Shown: positions 1-10,850 of the stretch, one piece after another
How the letters are laid out: every line of letters begins with the position of its first letter
Numbering within the stretch: position 1 is the stretch's first letter
Source: Bacillus subtilis subsp. subtilis str. 168
GTDB lineage: Bacteria > Bacillota > Bacilli > Bacillales > Bacillaceae
DNA length: 64,000 bases
Assembly: GCF_000009045.1 (NCBI RefSeq)
Contig: NC_000964.3
Span: 1,302,001 to 1,366,000 of the forward strand
Direction: 5' to 3'
Program-made: the position numbers and the translations under genes
Notes under the pieces: generated by a model
The model's database searches: none
Told to the model about the DNA's origin: nothing
What the model saw: only the letters and a program-made list of their open reading frames with translations

Positions 1-7
1 AGAGAAA

Positions 8-1318
8 ATGTCCTATGGCTTTGGTGATTTTGGCAACGGTTTTATGTTTGATCTCGGCCAGATTTATTTATTGAAGTATTTCACTGATGTAGCGGGAATC
101 CCCGCTGCGATGGCCGGCGGCATTTTTTTAGTCAGTAAGCTGTTTGCAGCGATAACAGATCCAATTGTCGGCTCATCAATCGATTATCGCAAAAACATCG
201 GCAAACGGGGGAAATTCAGGCCTTATCTATTAATCGGCAGCATCGTGCTTGCGGTGCTTACTGTTCTTATTTTTCTGTCTCCCAATGTATCAACGACCGG
301 AAAACTGATATATGCATATGCATCCTATATGATTTGGGGCATCGGCTATTCGTTTGTGAATATTCCGTACGGCTCATTAGGGGCAGCGATGACTCAAAAT
401 TCTGAGGACCGGACCTCCATTTCGACGTTCCGCCAAATCGGATCACTTGGCGCCTTGTTTATCACAAGTGTGGCCGTGATGCCGCTGCTCGTCAAGTTTG
501 ATAATCCGAAGGTCGGCTACCCGGTGGTCATGGGCTTGTTCGCCGCGCTCGGTGTGTTTTGGTTTTATATTTGCTACCGCAACTGCAAAGAGCGCATTAT
601 CATATCGGAAGCACCCAAAGAAAAATTAACACTCTCATCTGTCGTCAAAACATTTATTACAAATAAACCGCTGTTAACCCTTGTCCTGATGACGATTTTT
701 TCAATTTCCGCATACAACATTAAATCCGCCATGCTCGTCTATTTCGCACAATATAACTTGGGCAATGTTGAATTAATGGCTTATATGAACTTCATCATTA
801 TTGGTTCTTCCTTTTTGGGCGTCGTATTCCTTCCAAAGCTCGTCAAGATGTTTGGAAAGAAACGAACGGCAATGATCGGCTTTGGCATCAGTGTGGCCGC
901 GGATCTGATCAACTTTATGCTTCCATCTAACGTTTATGTGTTTACAATTCTCGCCAGTATCGCCTTTATCGGAATCAGTATCCCAAATGGCATCACGTGG
1001 GCTCTTGTCTCCGATATTATCGACTATGGCGAATGGAAATCCGGTGAACGGAAGGAAGCAACGACATATTCACTTTTCAATTTCTCAAGAAAGCTTGCTC
1101 AATCTTTGTCTGGCTTTCTCTCGGGGATCGGTTTGGGGATTATCGGCTATGTGCCGAATGCAGTCCAGACAGCACAGGCGCTGATTGGCATCAAAGCGCT
1201 GCTTCTTCTGTATCCGGCCATTGCTTTGGCATTAGCGATGTTCATTATCGGCTTTCTTTATAAACTCACAGACCAGCAGCATGCTCAGATCGTTCAGGAT
1301 CTTCATCAAAAGAGCTGA
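8..1318 (+). CDS. yjmB: GPH-family (MelB-like) sugar:cation symporter; 5' end probably lies before the window
   Basis: About 12 hydrophobic segments with GPH motifs (DPIVG..ID, GKFRPYL, NIPYGSL); frame is open to base 1; first gene of a hexuronate cluster. Confidence 0.85.
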   Translation: MSYGFGDFGNGFMFDLGQIYLLKYFTDVAGIPAAMAGGIFLVSKLFAAITDPIVGSSIDYRKNIGKRGKFRPYLLIGSIVLAVLTVLIFLSPNVSTTGKLIYAYASYMIWGIGYSFVNIPYGSLGAAMTQNSEDRTSISTFRQIGSLGALFITSVAVMPLLVKFDNPKVGYPVVMGLFAALGVFWFYICYRNCKERIIISEAPKEKLTLSSVVKTFITNKPLLTLVLMTIFSISAYNIKSAMLVYFAQYNLGNVELMAYMNFIIIGSSFLGVVFLPKLVKMFGKKRTAMIGFGISVAADLINFMLPSNVYVFTILASIAFIGISIPNGITWALVSDIIDYGEWKSGERKEATTYSLFNFSRKLAQSLSGFLSGIGLGIIGYVPNAVQTAQALIGIKALLLLYPAIALALAMFIIGFLYKLTDQQHAQIVQDLHQKS

Positions 1319-1422
1319 CAATATAATATAAAGAATATTTAAAATAATTTGTAAATAAAATGTGTTTGTAGGGGTTTCGCTTGGAGAGTGCCCAAAAAAC
1401 TGAAAAGGAAGGAGGCACTTGC

Positions 1423-1437
1423 TTGAAAACGATAACA
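1423..1437 (+). promoter_or_regulatory. cre site (CcpA box) overlapping the yjmC start codon
   Basis: TTGAAAACGATAACA fits WTGNAANCGNWWNCA; located in a sugar-acid catabolic operon. Confidence 0.6.
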
Positions 1438-2436
1438 ATTGCAGCTGAAGAAGCAAAGGAACTCGTTTGGCAAAAGCTGGACGGTGCCGGTTTGAATGAA
1501 CGAGATGCTGAAAAAGTGGCAGATGTTCTCGTGCACGCTGATTTGCGCAATGTACATTCGCATGGCGTGCTGCACACAGAACACTATGTGAACAGGCTTT
1601 TAGCGGGAGGGATCAATCCTGGGGCACAGCCTGTTTTTAAAGAGACGGGGCCTGTGACCGGGGTGCTTGACGGAGACGATGGTTTCGGTCATGTGAATTG
1701 CGACATGGCGATGGACCATGCAATTGACATGGCGAAGAAAAAAGGAGTCGGCATGGTCACGGCCGTAAACAGCAGCCATTGCGGAGCGCTAAGCTATTTT
1801 GTGCAAAAAGCGGCTGACGAAAAGCTGATCGGAATGGCAATGACGCATACAGACAGTATCGTTGTCCCATTTGGGGGGAGGACTCCTATTTTAGGGACAA
1901 ATCCGATTGCTTACGGAGTTCCGGCTAAGCATAAAAAACCGTTTATCCTAGATATGGCGACATCCAAAGTGGCTTTTGGGAAGATTCTGCAGGCCCGTGA
2001 AGAGGGCAAAGAAATTCCTGAAGGATGGGGAGTCGATGAAAACGGAGAAGCAGTAACTGATCCTGACAAGGTCGTCTCACTTTCAACATTCGGGGGCCCG
2101 AAAGGCTATGGACTATCGATTGTAGTGGATGTGTTTTCCGGATTGCTGGCGGGCGCGGCTTTTGGCCCTCATATTGCCAAAATGTACAACGGCCTTGATC
2201 AAAAAAGAAAGCTGGGGCATTACGTTTGCGCGATCAATCCATCCTTTTTTACTGACTGGGATACGTTTTTAGAGCAGATGGATGCCATGATTGATGAACT
2301 GCAGCAATCACCGCCGGCTGTTGGATTCGAAAGAGTGTATGTGCCCGGCGAGATCGAGCAGCTGCATGAAGAAAGAAATAAGAAAAACGGAATTTCTATC
2401 GCCCGGAGCGTGTATGAATTCTTAAAAAGCAGGTGA
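1423..2436 (+). CDS. yjmC: Ldh_2-family (malate/L-lactate/ureidoglycolate-type) NAD(P)-dependent oxidoreductase, 337 aa
   Basis: SHG, H.G.L..., D.ATS and G.KG.GL motifs; GGAGG upstream of the TTG at 1423. Confidence 0.85.
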
Positions 2437-2441
2437 GTAAA

Positions 2442-3461
2442 ATGAAAGCGGTTCAAGTGCGAAAAGCGTATGATCTGGTGACAGCGGAGGTGAAGAAGCC
2501 AGTTCTTTCAAAGGATGATGAAGTGCTCGTGAAAGTCAAGCGAGTCGGCATTTGCGGTTCAGACATGCACATTTATCATGGAACGAATCCGCTCGCTACC
2601 CTCCCGAGAGTCATCGGACACGAGGTAACGGGACAAGTGGAGGCAGTTGGTGCGAATGTACAGAGCCTAAAACCCGGTGATCATGTGGTGATTGAGCCGA
2701 TTTCTTATTGCGGATCGTGCTATGCCTGCCGCAAAGGGCGGCCGAATGTTTGCGCCAAGCTTTCTGTATTTGGCGTACATGAGGACGGAGGCATGCGGGA
2801 ATATATTGTGCTTCCGGAAAGACAGCTTCACGCGGTCTCAAAGGACTTGCCTTGGGAGGAAGCAGTCATGGCCGAGCCTTATACGATAGGCGCCCAGGCA
2901 GTGTGGAGAGGCCAGGTGGAAAAAGGTGATACCGTCCTGATCCAGGGAGCGGGGCCCATCGGGATCTGTGTGTTAAAAATGGCAAAACTGGCGGGCGCTG
3001 CTGTCATGATGACTGACTTGAACAACGAGCGGCTGGCATTTGCGAAAGAAAACGGCGCCGATGCTGTTGTAAATGTCCAAGCAGAACATGTTGCCGAGCG
3101 GGTCCTTGAATGGACTGGGAATGAAGGAGCAAACGTGGTCATTGATGCTGTTTGCCTGCCGGAGACTTTTGCACTTTCAATTGAGGCTGTGTCACCGGCG
3201 GGACATGTGGTTGTGCTTGGATTTGATGAAAGAGCGGCTCAGATTTCTCAGCTGCCAATTACAAAAAAAGAAGTCACGATAACCGGATCCCGATTGCAGA
3301 CCAATCAGTTTCCAAAAGTGGTAGAGCTTTTGAATGGAGGCCGGTTAATGCATAACGGGCTGGTGACCCATACATTTTCAGTTGATGACGTTCATCATGC
3401 ATTTCAGTTTATTAAGGAGCATCCAGATCAGGTGCGGAAAGCCGTCATCACGTTTGATTAA
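2442..3461 (+). CDS. yjmD: Zn-dependent medium-chain (sugar-acid/polyol) dehydrogenase, 339 aa
   Basis: GICGSD, GHE, structural-Zn CxxCxxC..C and GAGPIG motifs. Confidence 0.88.
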
Positions 3462-3485
3462 ATGACTGAATCCGGAGGTGCGAGC

Positions 3486-4565
3486 ATGAATATGACATTC
3501 CGATGGTATGGACGAGGCAACGATACAGTCACACTTGAATACGTGAAGCAAATTCCCGGTGTCAAAGGCATCGTTTGGGCTCTCCATCAAAAGCCCGTCG
3601 GCGACGTGTGGGAAAAAGAAGAAATCAGAGCCGAAACTGAATATATTCAATCCTATGGTTTTCATGCTGAAGTTGTAGAAAGCGTGAATGTTCACGAAGC
3701 GATTAAACTTGGGAACGAAGAACGCGGCCGGTATATTGAAAACTACAAGCAAACGATCCGCAACCTTGCCGGATTTGGCGTGAAAGTGATCTGCTATAAT
3801 TTTATGCCGGTTTTTGATTGGACACGCACGGACATGTTCCGGCCGCTAGAAGATGGATCGACCGCTCTGTTTTTTGAAAAGGCCAAGGTGGAAAGCCTTG
3901 ATCCTCAAGAGCTGATTCGGACGGTGGAGGAAGCATCCGACATGACACTGCCGGGGTGGGAGCCCGAAAAATTGGCTCGGATCAAAGAGCTTTTTGCTGC
4001 CTACAGAACGGTCGATGAAGAAAAGCTATGGGACAATTTATCATTCTTTTTGCAGGAAATTCTTCCTGTTGCTGAGGCCTATGGTGTTCAAATGGCCATT
4101 CATCCGGATGACCCGCCGTGGCCGATTTTCGGACTGCCGCGCATTATCACAGGAGAGGCAAGCTATAAGAAACTGCGGGCGATATCAGATTCACCGTCTA
4201 ATTGTATCACCCTTTGTACAGGTTCAATGGGAGCCAATCCCGCTAACGACATGGTGGAGATCGCTAAAACGTATGCCGGCATCGCTCCATTTTCACATAT
4301 TCGCAATGTGAAAATTTATGAGAATGGCGATTTTATTGAAACATCTCATTTAACAAAGGATGGTTCGATCAACATTCAAGGCGTGATGGAAGAACTGCAT
4401 AAGCAGGATTACGAAGGATATGTCAGACCGGATCATGGGCGCCATCTTTGGGGCGAGCAATGCCGCCCGGGATATGGCTTATACGATCGGGCACTTGGCA
4501 TCATGTATTTGAACGGGCTGTGGGACGCTTATGAAGCAATGGCAAAAAAAGAGGTGGGCATATGA
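3486..4565 (+). CDS. uxuA: Mannonate dehydratase
   Basis: Family motifs FRWYG, CYNFMP, HPDDPPW, RPDHG, PGY.LYDR. Confidence 0.95.
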   Translation: MNMTFRWYGRGNDTVTLEYVKQIPGVKGIVWALHQKPVGDVWEKEEIRAETEYIQSYGFHAEVVESVNVHEAIKLGNEERGRYIENYKQTIRNLAGFGVKVICYNFMPVFDWTRTDMFRPLEDGSTALFFEKAKVESLDPQELIRTVEEASDMTLPGWEPEKLARIKELFAAYRTVDEEKLWDNLSFFLQEILPVAEAYGVQMAIHPDDPPWPIFGLPRIITGEASYKKLRAISDSPSNCITLCTGSMGANPANDMVEIAKTYAGIAPFSHIRNVKIYENGDFIETSHLTKDGSINIQGVMEELHKQDYEGYVRPDHGRHLWGEQCRPGYGLYDRALGIMYLNGLWDAYEAMAKKEVGI

Positions 4566-5398
4566 TCCCGCTGCATGAGAACCTGGCTGGTAAAACGGCT
4601 GTCATCACTGGCGGCAGCGGCGTGCTTTGCTCTGCGATGGCCCGGGAGCTAGCCCGTCATGGCATGAAGGTGGCGATTTTGAATCGGACGGCTGAAAAAG
4701 GCCAAGCGGTCGTGAAGGAGATAACGGCGGCTGGCGGCACAGCGTGCGCTGTTGCTGCGGATGTGCTGGACAGGATGTCACTGGAGCGGGCAAAGGAAGA
4801 CATCCTTGGCCAATTTGGCGCTGTTGATCTGTTAATTAACGGGGCTGGCGGCAATCATCCTGACGCGATAACCGATGTGGAGACATATGAAGAAGCGGGA
4901 GAAGGCCAATCCTTTTTTGATATGGATGAGAGGGGCTTTCTAACTGTATTCTCCACCAACTTCACCGGTGCGTTTCTGGCCTCGCAAGTGTTTGGTAAAG
5001 AACTGCTGAAGGCGGATTCACCCGCGATCATCAACCTTTCTTCCATGAGTGCTTATTCACCTATGACGAAGGTTCCGGCATACAGTGCTGCGAAAGCATC
5101 CATCAATAATTTTACGATGTGGATGGCTGTTCATTTTGCCGAAACCGGGCTGCGGGTCAATGCGATTGCCCCAGGCTTCTTTCTGACAAAACAAAATCAT
5201 GATCTGCTGATCAACCAAGACGGAACGTTCACCAGCCGATCTCACAAAATTATTGCGGGAACACCGATGAAGCGCTTCGGAAAACCGGAGGATTTGCTCG
5301 GTACGCTCCTTTGGCTGGCGGATGAATCCTATTCCGGTTTTGTCACTGGGATCACCGTTCCTGTCGATGGAGGATTTATGGCTTATTCAGGTGTGTAA
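4562..5398 (+). CDS. uxuB: SDR-family D-mannonate oxidoreductase (fructuronate reductase)
   Basis: TGGSGVL, NGAGGN, Y..AK, NAIAPG motifs; ATGA overlap with uxuA; also called yjmF. Confidence 0.88.
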   Translation: MIPLHENLAGKTAVITGGSGVLCSAMARELARHGMKVAILNRTAEKGQAVVKEITAAGGTACAVAADVLDRMSLERAKEDILGQFGAVDLLINGAGGNHPDAITDVETYEEAGEGQSFFDMDERGFLTVFSTNFTGAFLASQVFGKELLKADSPAIINLSSMSAYSPMTKVPAYSAAKASINNFTMWMAVHFAETGLRVNAIAPGFFLTKQNHDLLINQDGTFTSRSHKIIAGTPMKRFGKPEDLLGTLLWLADESYSGFVTGITVPVDGGFMAYSGV

Positions 5399-5445
5399 CG
5401 AAAGCGGTGCAACAGAAACTGAACCAACATAGGGGTGAGGTTGAG

Positions 5446-6714
5446 ATGTTTTCAAAAGATAAGCTTCCCGTTATCCTTTTTTTGTTCCTGGCAGGGGTGA
5501 TTAATTACCTGGATCGCTCGGCGCTTTCCATTGCAGCTCCTTTTATTCAGGATGATCTCACATTGTCTGCCACACAAATGGGCTTGATTTTCAGCAGTTT
5601 TTCGATAGGTTATGCCATTTTTAATTTTCTTGGGGGCGTGGCATCCGACCGCTATGGGGCAAAGCTGACCTTGTTTGTCGCGATGGTTGTTTGGTCGCTG
5701 TTTAGCGGAGCAGTCGCCCTCGCTTTTGGCTTTGTCAGCCTGCTGATTATACGCATTCTCTTCGGAATGGGAGAAGGCCCGCTTTCGGCGACCATCAACA
5801 AGATGGTGAACAACTGGTTCCCGCCGACCCAGCGGGCGTCCGTTATCGGTGTAACCAACAGCGGCACGCCCCTCGGGGGAGCCATTTCCGGCCCGATAGT
5901 CGGCATGATCGCAGTGGCGTTCAGCTGGAAGGTATCCTTCGTTCTCATTATGATTATTGGATTGATATGGGCAGTGCTCTGGTTCAAGTTTGTCAAAGAA
6001 AAGCCGCAAGAGACGATCAAGGAAGCACCGGCAATAAAAGCAGAAACGTCTCCCGGAGAAAAAATTCCGCTCACCTTTTACCTGAAGCAAAAAACAGTCC
6101 TGTTCACGGCGTTCGCTTTTTTCGCTTACAACTACATCCTCTTCTTCTTTTTGACATGGTTTCCGAGCTATCTTGTCGACGAGCGGGGATTAAGTGTTGA
6201 ATCGATGAGTGTCATCACGGTCATACCGTGGATTTTAGGATTTATCGGGCTGGCTGCGGGGGGATTTGTTTCTGACTATGTGTACAAAAAAACGGCCCGA
6301 AAAGGTGTGCTGTTCTCGCGCAAGGTTGTGCTTGTCACGTGTTTGTTTTCATCAGCTGTCCTGATTGGTTTTGCCGGGCTTGTGGCAACGACTGCGGGGG
6401 CTGTCACTCTTGTCGCTCTGTCAGTGTTCTTTCTTTATTTGACCGGTGCTATCTATTGGGCTGTCATTCAAGATGTGGTTGATCAAAACAATGTCGGTTC
6501 TGTTGGCGGCTTCATGCATTTCCTCGCCAACACGGCAGGAATTATCGGCCCGGCTTTAACCGGATTTATTGTTGACCAAACAGGCACGTTTTCTGGAGCA
6601 TTTTTGCTTGCCGGTGGGCTGGCTGTCTTCGCTTCACTTGCTGTGATTCGTTTTGTCCGTCCAATCATTGGTAAGCCAGCGGGAACAGAAGCTGAGAATC
6701 CTGTGTCTTATTAA
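5446..6714 (+). CDS. exuT: Hexuronate MFS transporter
   Basis: ACS-family motifs NYLDR, G..SDRYG, GEG; 422 aa from the ATG at 5446. Confidence 0.9.
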   Translation: MFSKDKLPVILFLFLAGVINYLDRSALSIAAPFIQDDLTLSATQMGLIFSSFSIGYAIFNFLGGVASDRYGAKLTLFVAMVVWSLFSGAVALAFGFVSLLIIRILFGMGEGPLSATINKMVNNWFPPTQRASVIGVTNSGTPLGGAISGPIVGMIAVAFSWKVSFVLIMIIGLIWAVLWFKFVKEKPQETIKEAPAIKAETSPGEKIPLTFYLKQKTVLFTAFAFFAYNYILFFFLTWFPSYLVDERGLSVESMSVITVIPWILGFIGLAAGGFVSDYVYKKTARKGVLFSRKVVLVTCLFSSAVLIGFAGLVATTAGAVTLVALSVFFLYLTGAIYWAVIQDVVDQNNVGSVGGFMHFLANTAGIIGPALTGFIVDQTGTFSGAFLLAGGLAVFASLAVIRFVRPIIGKPAGTEAENPVSY

Positions 6715-6801
6715 TCTGGAAATATAGTGGGAGAGGCGGTATGTTTGATGATACAATATACAGTAAATAATCGCAGCCGGTATGATAAGGAAGGGAATTA
6801 G

Positions 6802-7803
6802 ATGGTAACCATAAAAGATATCGCAAAACTCGCAAACGTATCCCACACTACTGTTTCCAGAGCACTCAACAACAGCCCTTACATCAAAGAACATACGAAG
6901 AAAAAAATATTAGAGCTAGCAGAGCAGCTCAACTATACACCAAATGTAAATGCGAAAAGTCTGGCGATGCAAAAGTCGCATACGATCGGGCTATTCTTTA
7001 CAAGCATTACAAACGGAACCTCACACAGCTTCTTTGCAGACACTATCAAAGGCGTCAATCAAGCCATAAGTGAGGATTACAATCTGTATGTGCGCGGCAT
7101 TGATGATCTGAAAAACTATGACTCCGTTACACCGATGAGATATGACGGCATCATTTTAATGAGCCAAAGTGACATTGATAATTCTTTTATTTACCATATT
7201 CGCGAAAAAAACATTCCGCTTGTCGTGCTGAATCGTGATATTGATGATCGTACCATCACGAATATTTTGTCCAATGACAAGGAAGGCTCTCAAGAAGCTG
7301 TAGAATACTTCATTCAGTCCGGACATCAAGACATCGCCATCATCGAGGGGATCGAAGGCTTTAAATCCTCCCAGCAGCGAAAGGAAGGGTACTTATCCGC
7401 ACTGATTCAACATCATATTCCGATCAAGCATGAATACAGTGTCAAAGGACAGTACGATATGGAAAGCGGCTTTCAAGCGATGGAGCGGCTGCTGGCACTG
7501 CCGAATCCTCCAACCGCTGTTTTTTGTTCGAATGATGACATGGCAATCGGAGCGATGAATGCGATATTCGCAAAGGGCCTGCGCGTTCCTGATGATATTT
7601 CGGTGATCGGGTTTGATGATATTGGGTTTTCACAGTACATCACGCCAAGGCTTTCAACAGTAAAGCGCCCAGTGGAGAAAATAAGCGTGCTCGGTGCGCA
7701 AAAACTCTTGTCGCTGATCAGCGAGCCCGAAACAAAAGCAGAAAAAATCTTGGAAAACACAGAATTTATGGTGCGTGATTCAGTCAGACGATTGACGACG
7801 TGA
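6802..7803 (+). CDS. exuR: LacI-family repressor of hexuronate utilisation
   Basis: N-terminal LacI HTH (TIKDIAKLANVSHTTVSRALN) plus periplasmic-binding-protein-like domain. Confidence 0.92.
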   Translation: MVTIKDIAKLANVSHTTVSRALNNSPYIKEHTKKKILELAEQLNYTPNVNAKSLAMQKSHTIGLFFTSITNGTSHSFFADTIKGVNQAISEDYNLYVRGIDDLKNYDSVTPMRYDGIILMSQSDIDNSFIYHIREKNIPLVVLNRDIDDRTITNILSNDKEGSQEAVEYFIQSGHQDIAIIEGIEGFKSSQQRKEGYLSALIQHHIPIKHEYSVKGQYDMESGFQAMERLLALPNPPTAVFCSNDDMAIGAMNAIFAKGLRVPDDISVIGFDDIGFSQYITPRLSTVKRPVEKISVLGAQKLLSLISEPETKAEKILENTEFMVRDSVRRLTT

Positions 7804-7850
7804 TGTCCCGTTTTTCAGCGGGCATTCTTTATACAGAAAAATGTTAACGT
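7803..7850 (+). promoter_or_regulatory. Hairpin after exuR followed by a possible LacI-type operator half-site upstream of uxaB
   Basis: ATGTCCCG/CGGGCAT hairpin then TCTTT; AAAATGTTAACGT at 7838-7850. Assignment to ExuR is inference. Confidence 0.3.
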
Positions 7851-7879
7851 GTGCATAAAGTGAGAGGGAGGCAATAAGG

Positions 7880-9322
7880 GTGCAGAAGCTGAATAAAAAT
7901 GTGTACGATCACTATACTCAGTATCCAGAAAAAATTCTCCAATTCGGAGAAGGAAACTTTCTTCGGGGATTTATCGATTGGCAGATTGATCAATTGAATC
8001 AACACACTGATTTTAATGGGAGCGTGGCAGTTGTCCAGCCAAGAGGCTCAGAAAAAATCAAACGATTAAATGAGCAAGATGGATTATATACACTTTTTTT
8101 ACAAGGAATGAAAGACGGAGAAGCGGTAAACGAGCATATGATTATCAACTCAATCAGCCGGGGAATTGACCTGTTTTCTGATTATGAAGCATACAAAGAA
8201 TTGGCATCAAGCGAAAGGCTTCGGTTTATTATCTCCAACACCACTGAGGCTGGGATTGTATGTGATGAAAAAGATCGTTTAGAGGATAGGCCGCAAAAAA
8301 CATTCCCTGGGAAATTAACTGCATTTCTTTACTTTCGCTATCAGGCTTTTAAAGGAGATCAGACAAAAGGGTGTGTCCTGATCCCATGTGAACTGATCGA
8401 GAATAACGGTGAAAAGCTGAGGGAAACGGTTCTTCATTATGCACATCTGTGGAAGCTGGAGGAAGGATTTACACAGTGGATTCATGAGGCCAATACATTT
8501 TGTAATAGTTTAGTAGACCGGATTGTTCCGGGTTTTCCCGTCGACAGCATTGATGAGATCACGGCAGATCTTGGCTATCAGGATGATTTGATAGTTGTGG
8601 GAGAGCAATATTATTTGTGGGTTATCGAGGGGCCTGATTGGATTGGAAAAGAACTTCCCTTTGCGGCTGCAGGGCTGCATACAAAGATCGTCAGCGACCT
8701 CACCCCATACCGGACTAAAAAAGTAAGAATTTTAAATGGCGCTCATACAGCAATGACGCCAGTGGCTTTATTATACGGCTTGAAGACTGTTAGGGATGCA
8801 GTCGAGCATCCGGAAGTGGGGCGATTTATAAGAGAGCTGATTGATGACGAAATTCTTCCTGTTTTAAAAATGGAAGGTCTTTCTCAGTATGCTGACGATG
8901 TGCTGAACCGTTTTAAAAACCCGTATATTAAGCATTACCTGGAAAGCATTGCATTGAACGCCATTTCCAAATTCAAAACGAGAAACCTGCCGACTCTTAA
9001 GGAATATGCTGAACAAAAGGGACAGCTTCCTGAACGCTTGGTGTTTTCTTTCAGCGCTCTTCTGTATTTTTATCATGATAACGAGACATTGCAGGATGAT
9101 CCGGCAGTTCTTCAATTTTTCAAAGAGGTTTGGTGTCAGGAGGATGGCGACATGCTTCGGATTGCATCAAGAGTGTTAGGCGAACAGCGGCTGTGGGGGG
9201 CAGATCTCAATGAGATACCGAAGCTGACTGATAGAGTCGCTGTTTACTTGAATCATATTCATGAGCTGGGCATGCAGAGGGCTCTTGAACAATACTGCAT
9301 ACAAGGGGGAGAGGTACGTTGA
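7880..9322 (+). CDS. uxaB: Tagaturonate reductase (altronate oxidoreductase)
   Basis: QFGEGNFLRGF, SNTTEAGI, PCELI..NG, VDRIV, LNG.HT motifs. Confidence 0.95.
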   Translation: MQKLNKNVYDHYTQYPEKILQFGEGNFLRGFIDWQIDQLNQHTDFNGSVAVVQPRGSEKIKRLNEQDGLYTLFLQGMKDGEAVNEHMIINSISRGIDLFSDYEAYKELASSERLRFIISNTTEAGIVCDEKDRLEDRPQKTFPGKLTAFLYFRYQAFKGDQTKGCVLIPCELIENNGEKLRETVLHYAHLWKLEEGFTQWIHEANTFCNSLVDRIVPGFPVDSIDEITADLGYQDDLIVVGEQYYLWVIEGPDWIGKELPFAAAGLHTKIVSDLTPYRTKKVRILNGAHTAMTPVALLYGLKTVRDAVEHPEVGRFIRELIDDEILPVLKMEGLSQYADDVLNRFKNPYIKHYLESIALNAISKFKTRNLPTLKEYAEQKGQLPERLVFSFSALLYFYHDNETLQDDPAVLQFFKEVWCQEDGDMLRIASRVLGEQRLWGADLNEIPKLTDRVAVYLNHIHELGMQRALEQYCIQGGEVR

Positions 9323-10812
9323 AGTCGTTTATAAAGATTCATAAGCAAGATAATGTCCTTCTTGCTCTGCGGGATATTCAAAAGGGAGAGAGGCTGCATG
9401 CTTACGGCGTGTCGATTGAAGTAAAGGATGATATAAAAAGAGGCCATAAGATTGCATTGCAGTCTATCAAAGAAAACGACAGCATCGTCAAGTACGGGTT
9501 TCCAATCGGTCATGCATCACAAGATATCTCGATCGGAGAGCATATTCATGTCCATAATACGAAAACAAACCTGTCTGATATCCAATTATACAGCTATACA
9601 CCGAGATTTGATGAAAATCCGTATTCTAATGAGAACCGGACGTTTAAAGGTTTTAGAAGAGAAAACGGAGATGCGGGTGTACGGAATGAATTGTGGATTG
9701 TCCCAACTGTCGGCTGTGTCAATGGAATAGCAGAAAAAATGCTGCAGCGTTTTGTCAGAGAAACAGGGGATATCGCTCCATTTGATAACGTACTGGTGTT
9801 AAAGCATCAATACGGATGCTCGCAGCTTGGCGACGATCATGAAAATACGAAGCAGATCCTGCTGAATGCCATTCGCCATCCAAATGCCGGCGGCGTCTTG
9901 GTGTTAGGGCTTGGCTGTGAAAACAATGAGCTGGCAAGAATGAAGGAAGCACTGCAAGATGTGAACTTGAAGCGGGTGAAGTTTCTGGAATCCCAGTCGG
10001 TGACCGACGAAATGGAGGCAGGCGTTGCTTTGCTGAAGGAAATTCATGAAGCGGCCAAAGGAGATAAGAGAGAAGACATTCCGCTGTCTGAACTGAAGAT
10101 CGGGCTGAAATGCGGAGGTTCGGACGGTTTTTCCGGCATAACCGCAAACCCGCTGCTTGGACGTTTTTCAGATTATCTCATTGCACAGGGAGGGAGTACT
10201 GTGCTGACGGAAGTACCGGAAATGTTCGGCGCAGAAACCATCCTGATGCAGCGGGCTGCCAATGAAGAAGTGTTTCATAAGATAGTCGATTTAATCAATG
10301 ATTTCAAACAATACTTTATTAAACATGATCAGCCGGTGTACGAAAATCCTTCACCGGGCAACAAAGCGGGCGGCATTTCTACACTTGAGGATAAATCGCT
10401 GGGCTGTACGCAAAAAGCGGGGATTTCTCCTGTCACGGATGTCTTGAAATACGGTGAAGTACTCAAGACAAAAGGGCTGACTCTTTTGAGCGCACCGGGC
10501 AATGATTTGATCGCCTCCTCCGCATTGGCGGCTGCCGGCTGCCAAATTGTCCTCTTTACAACGGGAAGAGGCACGCCGTTTGGCACCTTTGTCCCGACGG
10601 TGAAAGTAGCGACAAACACCGAGCTGTATGAGGCGAAGCCGCATTGGATTGATTTTAACGCAGGCCTTTTAGCAGAGGATGATGTTCATGAGGAATATGT
10701 GCTGCGTGAGTTTATCCACTATATGATTGAGGTGGCAAGCGGCCAGCTTGTGAACCATGAAAAAAATGATTTCAAAGAACTCGCCATTTTTAAATCGGGT
10801 GTGACGTTATAA
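9319..10812 (+). CDS. uxaA: Altronate dehydratase
   Basis: N-terminal SAF domain, GLKCGGSD, NPSPGNKAGG, FTTGRGTP motifs. Confidence 0.95.
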   Translation: MKSFIKIHKQDNVLLALRDIQKGERLHAYGVSIEVKDDIKRGHKIALQSIKENDSIVKYGFPIGHASQDISIGEHIHVHNTKTNLSDIQLYSYTPRFDENPYSNENRTFKGFRRENGDAGVRNELWIVPTVGCVNGIAEKMLQRFVRETGDIAPFDNVLVLKHQYGCSQLGDDHENTKQILLNAIRHPNAGGVLVLGLGCENNELARMKEALQDVNLKRVKFLESQSVTDEMEAGVALLKEIHEAAKGDKREDIPLSELKIGLKCGGSDGFSGITANPLLGRFSDYLIAQGGSTVLTEVPEMFGAETILMQRAANEEVFHKIVDLINDFKQYFIKHDQPVYENPSPGNKAGGISTLEDKSLGCTQKAGISPVTDVLKYGEVLKTKGLTLLSAPGNDLIASSALAAAGCQIVLFTTGRGTPFGTFVPTVKVATNTELYEAKPHWIDFNAGLLAEDDVHEEYVLREFIHYMIEVASGQLVNHEKNDFKELAIFKSGVTL

Positions 10813-10813
10813 T

Positions 10814-10848
10814 AAGAAAAGGCTATCCTTCAAGCGGATAGCCTTCTT
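10814..10848. terminator. Bidirectional terminator between uxaA and yjnA
   Basis: GGCTATCC-loop-GGATAGCC flanked by A-rich and T-rich tracts, between convergent genes. Confidence 0.75.
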
Positions 10849-10850
10849 CA

